DNA of 64,000 nt, taken from NCBI GenBank assembly GCA_005879795.1, contig VBKJ01000134.1:2515-66514 (forward strand). The letters are read 5' to 3'. This document shows, in pieces, positions 26,875-35,308 of the stretch. Numbering within the stretch: position 1 is the stretch's first letter; the number at the start of each line of letters is the position of its first letter. The notes below the pieces were generated by a model. The model worked only from the letters and a program-made list of their open reading frames with translations. It was not told the DNA's origin and did not search any database. Position numbers and translations under genes: made by a program. Origin of the DNA: Deltaproteobacteria bacterium. GTDB lineage: Bacteria; Desulfobacterota; Binatia; DP-6.

Positions 26875-28242
26875 TCAGCCCCGCCGCCGCCAGGCGGCGA
26901 GCGCCAGCCCGAGCGCGGCGAAGAGGGCCGGCTCGACGACGGCGGTGCCCCAGAAGATCGCGTTCCCCTGCTCGTTCGAGACGTAGAACTGCTCCACGCC
27001 GAGCTCCTGGCGCCGGGGCCGGTGCGAGAGCCCCTGCGGATCGCGCGCCAGCCAGTTGACCGTGTTCGCGAACAGATCCTTGTTGCCGAGGTACTCGATG
27101 AAGAAGTTGTTGGCGAACTCCGCGTTGCCGTAGACGATGAGGCGCCCCTGCTGCGGCTCCGCGCCCGGCGGCGTGAGGGCGCGGAAGGCGACCTCGAGCC
27201 CGACCGTCACCGGCCCGGAGCGGTCACGCCCGGCCTCGAAGGCGGGCGACCCGTGGCGCAGGACGCCCGTGTCCGTCGTCGCCCAGCTCGCCGGGCTGGT
27301 GCGCAGGAAGCCGACCGCGTTGACCGTGCCGGCGTCGTCGGGGAGCACGTTGACCGAGCGCGTGAGCGAGAAGACGGGCGGCGCGTCGAGCGGCCCCAGG
27401 ATGGGGTGATCACCGCGCGCGAAGGGGACCTGCATGGTGAGCAGCTCGCCGCCGTAGAGACGCGCCTCGGGATCGACCACCACGTCGGGCGGGAGCGAGA
27501 CGTCATAGCGGTGGAGGAAGGCGGCCAGCTCGGGCGCCCGCAGCGGGTCGAGCATGATGAGCGCCTGGCCAGGGCGCTGGAGGTAGCGGTCGAGGACGGT
27601 CAGCTCCTCGGAGAGGAAGCTCTTGCGCGGGCCGGCGATGACGAGCACGGCGGTCTCGACCGGCACGTCGTCGCCGATGAGCGACACCGGGCGGACCTCG
27701 TAGTACTCCTGCTCGAGGACCACGCGCGCGGTCGAGTAGCCCTCGCGCCGGTCCGTGCTGTTCGGGTCGCCCTCGCCGTGCCCGAGGACCCAGCCGACCG
27801 TCTTCCGCTCCTGGCGGGTCACCTGGAGGAGGGCTGCCATGAGCACTTCCTCGCGGGGGTTGGAGAACACCCGCCGGCGGCCCTCGCTCTCGACCACCAG
27901 CGCGCCGTACGAGTCGACCCCGTACTGCCGGGCCAGCGCCGGGCTGCGGTTGACGTCGAGGTACTCGACGTGCACCCGCGGGCTGCGCGCCGTCACCTGC
28001 CGGAGGAGGTCGCGGATGAAGAGGTTGCGCGGGTCCTGCGCGCGCAGGAAGGCCACGACGTGGACGTCGGCGGCGAGGCCATCCAGGATCTTGCGCCCCT
28101 GGTCGGAGAGGGTGTAGCGGCGCTCGGCTGTGAGATCGAGCCGCCACGCCCGCCGGTCGAGGATCGCCTGGCCGAGGAGGAAGATGCCGAACAGGGCCGG
28201 CACGGCCAGCACGATGCGCAGCCGCTGCGCACCGACCCTCAT
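26875..28242 (-). CDS. GldG-like ABC-transporter auxiliary (gliding-motility-associated ABC_transp_aux family) protein
   Basis: 455 aa starting MRVGAQRLRIVLAVPALFGIFLL. The ATG overlaps the permease stop (ATGA, 28239-28242). It has an N-terminal TM segment, a large periplasmic domain and a C-terminal TM segment. Confidence 0.55.
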   Translation of the reverse strand: MRVGAQRLRIVLAVPALFGIFLLGQAILDRRAWRLDLTAERRYTLSDQGRKILDGLAADVHVVAFLRAQDPRNLFIRDLLRQVTARSPRVHVEYLDVNRSPALARQYGVDSYGALVVESEGRRRVFSNPREEVLMAALLQVTRQERKTVGWVLGHGEGDPNSTDRREGYSTARVVLEQEYYEVRPVSLIGDDVPVETAVLVIAGPRKSFLSEELTVLDRYLQRPGQALIMLDPLRAPELAAFLHRYDVSLPPDVVVDPEARLYGGELLTMQVPFARGDHPILGPLDAPPVFSLTRSVNVLPDDAGTVNAVGFLRTSPASWATTDTGVLRHGSPAFEAGRDRSGPVTVGLEVAFRALTPPGAEPQQGRLIVYGNAEFANNFFIEYLGNKDLFANTVNWLARDPQGLSHRPRRQELGVEQFYVSNEQGNAIFWGTAVVEPALFAALGLALAAWRRRG

Positions 28243-28985
28243 CGCCGGCCCCGCCACTGGCGCGCCTCGAGCACGCGCAGCGTGGCCCACACGAAGAGGC
28301 CGGCCACGAAGGCGAAGTAGAAGACGTCGCGTAGCTCGACCAGCCCGACCGAGAAGGGCTGGAAGTGGTTGAAGAGCGAGATGGCGCGCACCACGGGCAG
28401 CGTCCCGGCCGCGCTGGCGGCCTCGTTCCAGGAGAGCAGCCAGAGGAGCAGGAGCGGCAGCGCGGTGAGAAACCCCGCCAGCACCTGGCTGTCGGTGAGC
28501 GAGGAGACGAACAGGCCGTACGACGCGCACGCGAGCGAGAAGAGGATGAGCCCCAGGTACCCGGCGACGAGAGGCTTCAGGGCGAAGGGCTGGACGTGGT
28601 ACACCCACGCCGGATAGACGAGCGTCCCGCCGAGGAGCGCGCCGATCACCACCAGGCAGGCGCCCAGCTTCGCGGCCACGATGGCGCGGTCGCCGAGCGG
28701 GTAGGTGAGCAGCAGCTCGAGCGTCCCGAGCCGGCGCTCCTCGGCGAGGAGGCGCATGGTGAGGAGCGGAATGGCGAAGATCAGCACCAGGCGGATGTCG
28801 ATGAGCAGGATCTGCCAGAAGTTCTCCATGATGTTCAGGCCGAAGCCGAAGGTGATGAAGTAGATGAGATCCGAGTGGAAGTAGTATCCGGTGTAGGCGA
28901 GGAAGGCGGCCGCCACGAGATAGACGAGCGGCGAGCCGAAGTAGGAGCGCAGCTCCTTGCGAAAGAGCGCGACGAAGCTCCGCAC
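28239..28985 (-). CDS. ABC-2 family transporter permease (GldF-like)
   Basis: 248 aa with 6 predicted TM segments in ABC-2 topology. Confidence 0.7.
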   Translation of the reverse strand: MRSFVALFRKELRSYFGSPLVYLVAAAFLAYTGYYFHSDLIYFITFGFGLNIMENFWQILLIDIRLVLIFAIPLLTMRLLAEERRLGTLELLLTYPLGDRAIVAAKLGACLVVIGALLGGTLVYPAWVYHVQPFALKPLVAGYLGLILFSLACASYGLFVSSLTDSQVLAGFLTALPLLLLWLLSWNEAASAAGTLPVVRAISLFNHFQPFSVGLVELRDVFYFAFVAGLFVWATLRVLEARQWRGRR

Positions 28986-28988
28986 GCT

Positions 28989-29936
28989 CTAGCTCCCGGG
29001 CCGATCCGCCGACCCGACCAGGTGGACGAACAGATCCTCGAGGGTGGGCGGGCTCGCCCGCACCTCGAGGAGCGTCCAGCCGCGCGCCACCATCGCGGCG
29101 CCGAGCGCCCGCTGCACCGGCTCGGGATCGTGCGCGAAGAGTGCGAAGGGAGTGCCCGCGAGGCCGTCCGGCCGACGGCGCTCCACCCGCACGACGCCCG
29201 GCAGCGTGCCGAGCGCGGCGGCCACCGTATCGGCGGGACCGTCCACGCGCACAGCGAGCTGTGCCAGGCCCGCCAGGCGCTGGGCCAGGCCCTCCGGCGT
29301 GTCGACCGCCACCAGCCGCCCGCGGGAGAGGATCACGATGCGCGAGCACAGGGCGGCCGCCTCGGAGAGAATGTGCGTCGAGAGGAGCATCGTACGCCCG
29401 GCGAGCGTACGCAGCAGCGCCCGCATCTCGACCGTCTGCATCGGGTCGAGGCCGACGGTCGGCTCGTCGAGCACGAGCACGTCCGCGTCCCCGACCAGCG
29501 CCTGCGCGAGCCCGACCCGCTGGCGATACCCCTTCGACAGCTTGCCGGCCAGGCGATCGGCGACCTCGGCGAGGCCGCACCGCGCGATGGCATCGGCCAC
29601 CGCGGCGCGGCGCGCGCGCCCGCCGAGCCCCTTCACCTCGGCCACGAAGGCCAGGTAGCGGCGCACCGTCAGCTCCGGATAGAGGGAGACCTGCTCGGGG
29701 AGATAGCCGATGCGCCGCCGGGCGGCCGCCGGCTGCTCGGCGACGTCCGCCCCGTCGATGCACACCCTCCCGGCGGTGGGTGGGAAGTAGCCGGTCAGCA
29801 CGCGCATCAGCGTGCTCTTGCCGCTGCCGTTCGGCCCGAGCAGCGCCGCCACCTCGCCCCGCCCGATGGTGAACGACACGTCGTCCACCGCGCAGGTCGT
29901 CCCGTAGTACTTGGTCAGGTGCTCGACGCTGATCAC
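28989..29936 (-). CDS. ABC transporter ATP-binding protein (GldA-like)
   Basis: 315 aa with a Walker A (GPNGSGKST), a signature (LSKGYRQRVGLAQAL) and a Walker B (VLVLDEPTVGLD). Confidence 0.8.
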   Translation of the reverse strand: MISVEHLTKYYGTTCAVDDVSFTIGRGEVAALLGPNGSGKSTLMRVLTGYFPPTAGRVCIDGADVAEQPAAARRRIGYLPEQVSLYPELTVRRYLAFVAEVKGLGGRARRAAVADAIARCGLAEVADRLAGKLSKGYRQRVGLAQALVGDADVLVLDEPTVGLDPMQTVEMRALLRTLAGRTMLLSTHILSEAAALCSRIVILSRGRLVAVDTPEGLAQRLAGLAQLAVRVDGPADTVAAALGTLPGVVRVERRRPDGLAGTPFALFAHDPEPVQRALGAAMVARGWTLLEVRASPPTLEDLFVHLVGSADRPGS

Positions 29937-30022
29937 GCTAATGCCGCCCGGCTCAAGGCCTCACCGCCACTCAATAGCCGCTGCGCGGAGCCGCGCAACC
30001 GCGCTCGATGATGGGCGCCGCC

Positions 30023-30185
30023 GTGCAGCGGCCGGTGTCGGCCGGGTGCCGCCGCCGCGACCTCCGCAGGCCCGCACGCGCCGGCAGCTGTGCGGGGGGA
30101 CGCTGCGGCCGACGGGCGCGCGCGTGGCCGAGGACGCGGGAGCGCCGGCGGCACGCCGCCGACGCCCCGCCGCGGCCCTCGCCTA
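30023..30185. repeat. Structured GC-rich intergenic repeat element of about 165 bp, copy B (second copy at 50600..50768)
   Basis: About 85% nucleotide identity to copy A. A shared 14-bp long-range helix shows a compensatory G-C to C-G swap between the copies. It lies inside the minus-strand operon between the RND gene and the ABC ATPase gene. Confidence 0.65.
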
Positions 30186-30321
30186 GTGCCCCACCCGCGC
30201 CGCCCCTTCGCGCTCGCGCCGCTTGCGCCGCCGCGCGTGGATGATCTCGTCCATGACGATGACGGCGATGCTGAACACCGTGACGATGATGACCGATTCC
30301 CACAGCGTCATCGCGGCCTCC

Positions 30322-33006
30322 CTAGCTGACCGCCGCGGCCTGCGCCTGGACCACCGGGCGCCGCGACGCCTTCCCCCCCTCGCGCAGGATGAAGCCGGGG
30401 CGGAAGTACGAGATCATCACCGGCAGCAGTGTCTCGGAGCAGATGAAGCTGACGCCCATCCACACCGCCAGCAGCCCGCCCATGACGGCGTTGAAGCGGA
30501 TGTTCGAGAACGTCCACAGCGCCGTGCCGCCGATCATGCAGACCGCCGTGAAGCTCACCGCCTTGCCCGAGGTCACGAGCGCCTCGCGGATGGAGAGGTC
30601 GAGGTTGTTGTTGACCCGGATCTCCTCGATGATGCGGGAGAGGATGTAGAGACCGTAGTCGATCCCGAAGCCGACGCCGACCGTGACCAGCGGGAGCGTG
30701 TTCACGTTGATGCCGATCTCGAACACCGCCATGGCTGCGTTGATGAGGATGTTCGAGATGAAGAGCGGCGCCAGGAGGTAGAGGCCGGCGACCCACGAGC
30801 GGTAGCTGAACAGGACGATGACGTAGATCGTGAAGAAGCCGAGGAAGTTCATGAGCAGGTCGTTGCGCACGAGCTCCTCGTTGGCCGCCGCGAGCACCCC
30901 GATGAGCCCGCCGGCAAGCTTGAAGGTCGCCTTCCCGTCCATGTTGTTCTCGGGCCTGGCGATGAAGTCTTTGCACTCCTGGATGATGCGCGCGATGTTG
31001 TCGCCCTTGTGGTTGCGGGCGAAGAAGGTCACGTGCGAGGTGGTGTAGCTCGGGTCCACGTACTTCGCCGTCTCGGTCGGCGGCGAGCCGGAGAAGAAGA
31101 TGAAGAAGGTCTGCGCCACGTCGCGCGAGTTGTTGGGGATGACGCCCCACTTCGGCTCGAGCTCGTGGAAGACCATGTTGACCGCACGCAGGATGTCGGT
31201 GAGCGAGAAACTGTAGCCCACGTCCCGGTCGCGCTCGAGGTAGCGCTGGAAGTTCTCCATGGTGCGCAGCACCTTGGGGTCCTTCATGGCGTCGCGGTCC
31301 TTGCCCTCGGCGACGACGATCAGAGGCTCCACTCCGCCGAACTTGTCCTGGATGTGGGCGTGGGAGACGTTGTAGGGCGAGTCGCTCCACACCAGGGGCG
31401 AGGCCGAGGTCGGGTCGCCGACGATCAGGCCGCGCATGAGGAACGCGCCCACCGCCGTCAGCCCGAGCCAGAACACCATGGTCGTCCCCTTGCCGAGCGA
31501 CGAGAGGTTCCAGTCCGTGACGCGGTTGATGAGCGCCTTGTACCACCCCTTGTCGCGCGCCAGCACGACCTCGGGGTCGGGGGCCCGCAGGTAGTAGTAC
31601 ACGATCGGGTTCAGCAGCAGCTCGGCGACGGTGATGGCGAGGATCCACCACGAGATGACGATCGCCAGGTTGCGCAGCATGACGATCGGCACGAGGATGA
31701 TGACGAGCACGCCGAGCGCGTCGGTCACCACCCCGGCGAAGGTCGGGATGAAGAGCTCGGCGAAGGCCGCCACGATCGCCTTCCGCTGGTTCCAGTCGTG
31801 GCGCTCGAACTCCTCGTAGTAGCGGTCGTGCATCTGGATGGCGTGGCTCACGGCGCGGGCCGTCACCAGGAAGGGCATCACCAGGATGAGCGGGTCGAGA
31901 GCGAAGCCGATGATGTGTACGAAGCCGAGGCCCCAGAAGGCGGCGATGAGCCCGGTGAGCGTCGGGCGCAGCGCTCCGCGCCAGTCGTGGAAGTACATCC
32001 AACGGAAGATCCACTCGAAGCAGTAGGTGACGGTGAGGATCCAGAACACGTCGCTCGCGTAGCTGTAGACCCAGCCGTAGAGGCGCGGCTCGCCGGCGAC
32101 GTACAACTCGAGGTCGGGCTCGGGGATGGTGAGCTGGGCGTCTCTGGTTTCCTCGCCGCTCTTCACGCCGAGCCTGACGGTCGTCCCGGGCTTGTACTTC
32201 TGGATCTCCGCCGCCAGCTCCACCCGGTCCGCCACCGGCTTCCCGTTGACCGACACGATGATGTCCCCCACCTTGAGCCCGGCCCTGGCCGCCGCCGTGT
32301 CGCGGTAGACGGTGTCCACCGCCGCGGCCGCCGAGGTCTCGCCCTTGAACGCGTCCCGGCCCCTGATGAGCGCACCGATCCAGCCCTTCTCGAAGGGCGC
32401 GATGACCCGCTCGTTGATCTCGGTGAAGGTGCGGCGGTGATCGAGGCGTGCTTCGATGAAGTTGGCGCGCACCAGGGCGGCCCGGTCGTCGAGCGAGACG
32501 AGGATGCCGTAGATGCTCTCGGTGTTGTGGACGATGCGCTTGATGTTGGCCGCGTCGTCTGCCGTCTTCGGCATCTGGATCATCACTGGCTCGGCCTTCA
32601 GGAACCCGCCCGCCTGGGCGCGGAGGTAGCGAGTCGTGCGGTGGCCGATCGAGTCGATCTGGTTGTGGTTCACGCCGTAGACGCGGTCCATCTCCTCCGT
32701 GATCTTGTAGATGCGATCGAGGGTCGAGACCGTGAAGATGTCGCCGTCCTTCACCTCGACCATCAGCTGGATGTTGTTGGCGCCGCCGAACGTGCCGGCG
32801 TACTTGTTGTGGACCTGGACGAAGGGGTGGCTCTGCGGGAGGAGGTCGCCGAAGCTCGTCTCGAGCTTCAGCTGGAAGCTCAGCCACGCGAAGTACCCCG
32901 TGACGATGAGCACCACGATCATGACCGGGTGGCGGTAGTCGATCAGCCGCTCGCCCAGCCAGTAGAGTGCTCGCTTGTCCTCTTCGCTCGTGGTTCCGCT
33001 GCTCAT
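30322..33006 (-). CDS. RND-superfamily (MMPL/HAE3-like) exporter with a PDZ domain inserted in the first periplasmic loop
   Basis: 894 aa in two halves of 6 TM segments each. A PDZ-like segment sits at roughly aa 225-305 (AARAGLKVGDIIVSVNGKPVADRVELAAEIQKYKPGTTVRLGV). Confidence 0.7.
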   Translation of the reverse strand: MSSGTTSEEDKRALYWLGERLIDYRHPVMIVVLIVTGYFAWLSFQLKLETSFGDLLPQSHPFVQVHNKYAGTFGGANNIQLMVEVKDGDIFTVSTLDRIYKITEEMDRVYGVNHNQIDSIGHRTTRYLRAQAGGFLKAEPVMIQMPKTADDAANIKRIVHNTESIYGILVSLDDRAALVRANFIEARLDHRRTFTEINERVIAPFEKGWIGALIRGRDAFKGETSAAAAVDTVYRDTAAARAGLKVGDIIVSVNGKPVADRVELAAEIQKYKPGTTVRLGVKSGEETRDAQLTIPEPDLELYVAGEPRLYGWVYSYASDVFWILTVTYCFEWIFRWMYFHDWRGALRPTLTGLIAAFWGLGFVHIIGFALDPLILVMPFLVTARAVSHAIQMHDRYYEEFERHDWNQRKAIVAAFAELFIPTFAGVVTDALGVLVIILVPIVMLRNLAIVISWWILAITVAELLLNPIVYYYLRAPDPEVVLARDKGWYKALINRVTDWNLSSLGKGTTMVFWLGLTAVGAFLMRGLIVGDPTSASPLVWSDSPYNVSHAHIQDKFGGVEPLIVVAEGKDRDAMKDPKVLRTMENFQRYLERDRDVGYSFSLTDILRAVNMVFHELEPKWGVIPNNSRDVAQTFFIFFSGSPPTETAKYVDPSYTTSHVTFFARNHKGDNIARIIQECKDFIARPENNMDGKATFKLAGGLIGVLAAANEELVRNDLLMNFLGFFTIYVIVLFSYRSWVAGLYLLAPLFISNILINAAMAVFEIGINVNTLPLVTVGVGFGIDYGLYILSRIIEEIRVNNNLDLSIREALVTSGKAVSFTAVCMIGGTALWTFSNIRFNAVMGGLLAVWMGVSFICSETLLPVMISYFRPGFILREGGKASRRPVVQAQAAAVS

Positions 33007-33021
33007 GGGAGTTCTCCCGTC

Positions 33022-34104
33022 TCAGCCCTGTGACGGCAGCCAGGTCTTGCCGCCGTCGGTGGTGCGATAGATCAGCCCGTATCCGCCGACGAGCCAGCCG
33101 TTCTTCTCGTCGGAGAAGCTGAGCCCGCGCAGCCAGGTGAGCACGTCCTGTCCGAGCTTGGCCCGGTGCCACGCCGTCTCGCCCGCCTGCCGCCGCACCA
33201 CCTCGCCCGCGGCGCCCACTGCCCAGCCCGCCCCGCTCGGGAGCTCGATCGGGCGGAAGAGCGGATCGACGAGTGGATAGTCGACCTCGATCTGATCGAA
33301 CGTCCACCGCTGCCCGCCGTCGTTGGTGCGCGCGATGTGTCCCTCGATGCCCGCCGCCACACCCCGCTGCGCGTCCATCATGTGCACGCCGTAGAGCGTC
33401 GGGAGGTCGAGCGGATCGAAGATCCCCGTGCCCTCCATCAGCGTCTTCTCCTGCTCGTGCCACGTCTCGCCGCCGTCCGCCGTGTGCATGATCTTGCCGA
33501 ACTCGCCCACGATCCAGCCGTTCTTCGCGTCCGTGAACTTCACGTCGTAGAGGATGGGATCGGCCGCCGCGAGGCTCTCGCCGCCGGAGATGTCGGCTTC
33601 CATTTCCACCTTGCGCGCGCGCCACGTCTTGCCCCCGTCGCTCGTCGAGGTGAGGATCGAGCGGTCGCCCGCCGCCCAGGCGTGGTCGGCGTCGAGGGCG
33701 TAGAGCGCGAAGAGGTAGAGCGGCTGCCTGGAGCCGTCCTTGTCCTCGAAGAACGCGTTCGACTCCTGCTGCTGCCAGCTCTTGCCGCCGTCGGCGGTAT
33801 GCAGGATGAGGCCGTCCTGCCCCGAGATGAAGCCGTGCTGGTCGTCGGTGAAGCGCACGGCATAGAGCGCCAGCTCGGTGCCGCTCGGACGCGCGGTCCA
33901 GCTCCGGCCACCGTCGGTCGTCTCGAGGATCTTGCCGTTGTAGCCGACGACGAAGGCGCGGTCCTTGCTGAGCGCTTGCACGTCGTAGAAGCGGTCGGTC
34001 ACGTAGATGGTGCGCTGGGCGAGCGGCACCATCTCGACCTCGTGATGGCATCCGAGCACGAGCGCGAGGAGGGTGGCCCCTCCCGGGATGATCCAGCGAC
34101 GCAT
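33022..34104 (-). CDS. Ycf48-like BNR/Asp-box repeat lipoprotein (photosystem II stability/assembly factor homolog family)
   Basis: Starts MRRWIIPGGATLLALVLGCHHE, which contains a lipobox. It has repeated T.DGG.SW/TW BNR motifs: ETTDGGRSWT, HTADGGKSWQ, STSDGGKTWR, HTADGGETWH, RTNDGGQRWT and RTTDGGKTW. Confidence 0.7.
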   Translation of the reverse strand: MRRWIIPGGATLLALVLGCHHEVEMVPLAQRTIYVTDRFYDVQALSKDRAFVVGYNGKILETTDGGRSWTARPSGTELALYAVRFTDDQHGFISGQDGLILHTADGGKSWQQQESNAFFEDKDGSRQPLYLFALYALDADHAWAAGDRSILTSTSDGGKTWRARKVEMEADISGGESLAAADPILYDVKFTDAKNGWIVGEFGKIMHTADGGETWHEQEKTLMEGTGIFDPLDLPTLYGVHMMDAQRGVAAGIEGHIARTNDGGQRWTFDQIEVDYPLVDPLFRPIELPSGAGWAVGAAGEVVRRQAGETAWHRAKLGQDVLTWLRGLSFSDEKNGWLVGGYGLIYRTTDGGKTWLPSQG

Positions 34105-34174
34105 GCGGCCCCTCCCCCGGGGCGCGGGAACCGCGTCCCGTCGACGGGCGCCTAACAGACCCTCTCTCGAGATG

Positions 34175-34654
34175 TCAATGGGACGAGCCTCCCCCGGCAT
34201 CCGCCTTAGGGAACCACTTGGAGACGTCCTTGGGCTCCACGATCACCTGGCGGTCGACCTTCCAGGCGCCATCCTCCTTGAGGAGGGTGTAGAGCTCGTA
34301 CTCGGTGAGCCCGAGCTGGTTCACGAAGCGGTCCTGGGAGGAGAGGACGTTCGGCACCCAGGCCGTGGCGCCCTCGACCTTGCCGGGATGGACATGGAAC
34401 TCGAAGATCTTGACGTCCGCGAACGCCATGCCGGTCTTCTGCTCCTTCACCCAGACCTCGCGGTCCTTCCCCTGCTTCATCGCCTTGGAGACCAGGTCGT
34501 AGGCGGCGTCGAACCTTCCGTCCTTGAGGGCCTGCAGGTACCGCCGGACGGTCTCCTCCGGCGAGAGCGGGGTGGTCTCCGCGGCTGGCACTCTCGCGGC
34601 GACGACGAGCCCGAGTGCGCCGAACGCCCACGAGAGCGAGCGCGCGCGAGGCAT
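34175..34654 (-). CDS. Secreted NTF2-like hypothetical protein
   Basis: 159 aa with a signal peptide (MPRARSLSWAFGALGLVVAARVPAAE). The motif ETVRRYLQALKDGRFDAAYDL is typical of NTF2/SnoaL-like lipoprotein families. Confidence 0.4.
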   Translation of the reverse strand: MPRARSLSWAFGALGLVVAARVPAAETTPLSPEETVRRYLQALKDGRFDAAYDLVSKAMKQGKDREVWVKEQKTGMAFADVKIFEFHVHPGKVEGATAWVPNVLSSQDRFVNQLGLTEYELYTLLKEDGAWKVDRQVIVEPKDVSKWFPKADAGGGSSH

Positions 34655-34811
34655 GTCCGCTCCCTACCACGGCCGCGTGCCGGCCGGAAGCCGGCGACGA
34701 TTCTGCATCGGAGGGACCAATTTTGCGCCGCAGCCCTCACAGCCTAGCCCGGGGAATCCGCACCGCGCTCTGCGTACGGGGGTGGCACGTCACTTGCTGC
34801 CCGGCACGGAC

Positions 34812-35039
34812 ATGGACGAGAACCCCGGCAACCTGATCCGCACGCTCCGCCAGAAGCTCAGCATGACGCAGGAAGAGTTCGCGCACGAGATCGCGGTCAC
34901 CGTCTCGACCGTGAACCGCTGGGAGAACGCGCATGCCGAGCCGAGCAAGTTGGCGTGGAAGGCGATCCACGACCTGGCGCGCAAGCGCGGGTTGACCGAG
35001 GACATCCTGCGCCTCGCGGGGGCGCTGAGCGGCGGCTGA
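34812..35039 (+). CDS. XRE-family helix-turn-helix transcriptional regulator
   Basis: 75 aa starting MDENPGNLIRTLRQKLSMTQEEFAHEIAVTVSTVNRWEN, a classic HTH_3 motif. The ATG at 34812 was verified. Confidence 0.65.
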   Translation: MDENPGNLIRTLRQKLSMTQEEFAHEIAVTVSTVNRWENAHAEPSKLAWKAIHDLARKRGLTEDILRLAGALSGG

Positions 35040-35231
35040 GCGGCCGGGCCTGCGACCCAGAGAGGCGAGATTTGAACGCCGCAGTCAATCGCATGACGCC
35101 GCCGGCGCTCCCACCTCGCGCCGCACCGCGGGCCGCGCGCGCCCGCCGCCCGGGGGATGTGCCGCGGCCGTGCTCGCCTTTTCCACCCCGCGTGTCAGAA
35201 GTGCCCGTGTCGGGGCGCCGCGGCGGCCGGC

Positions 35232-35247
35232 CGGCACGCCCTTTGCG
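35232..35247 (+). promoter_or_regulatory. Candidate σ54 (RpoN) -24/-12 promoter, cGGCACGcccTTTGCg
   Basis: The GG and GC dinucleotides are spaced exactly as in the consensus TGGCACG-N4-TTGCW. It lies about 60 bp upstream of the σ54-dependent regulator gene at 35309. Confidence 0.4.
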
Positions 35248-35308
35248 TCACGGCTGACACACCCCGGGGGCCGGACGGCGACGGACGGCACACCAGGGCG
35301 CCAGCCAC

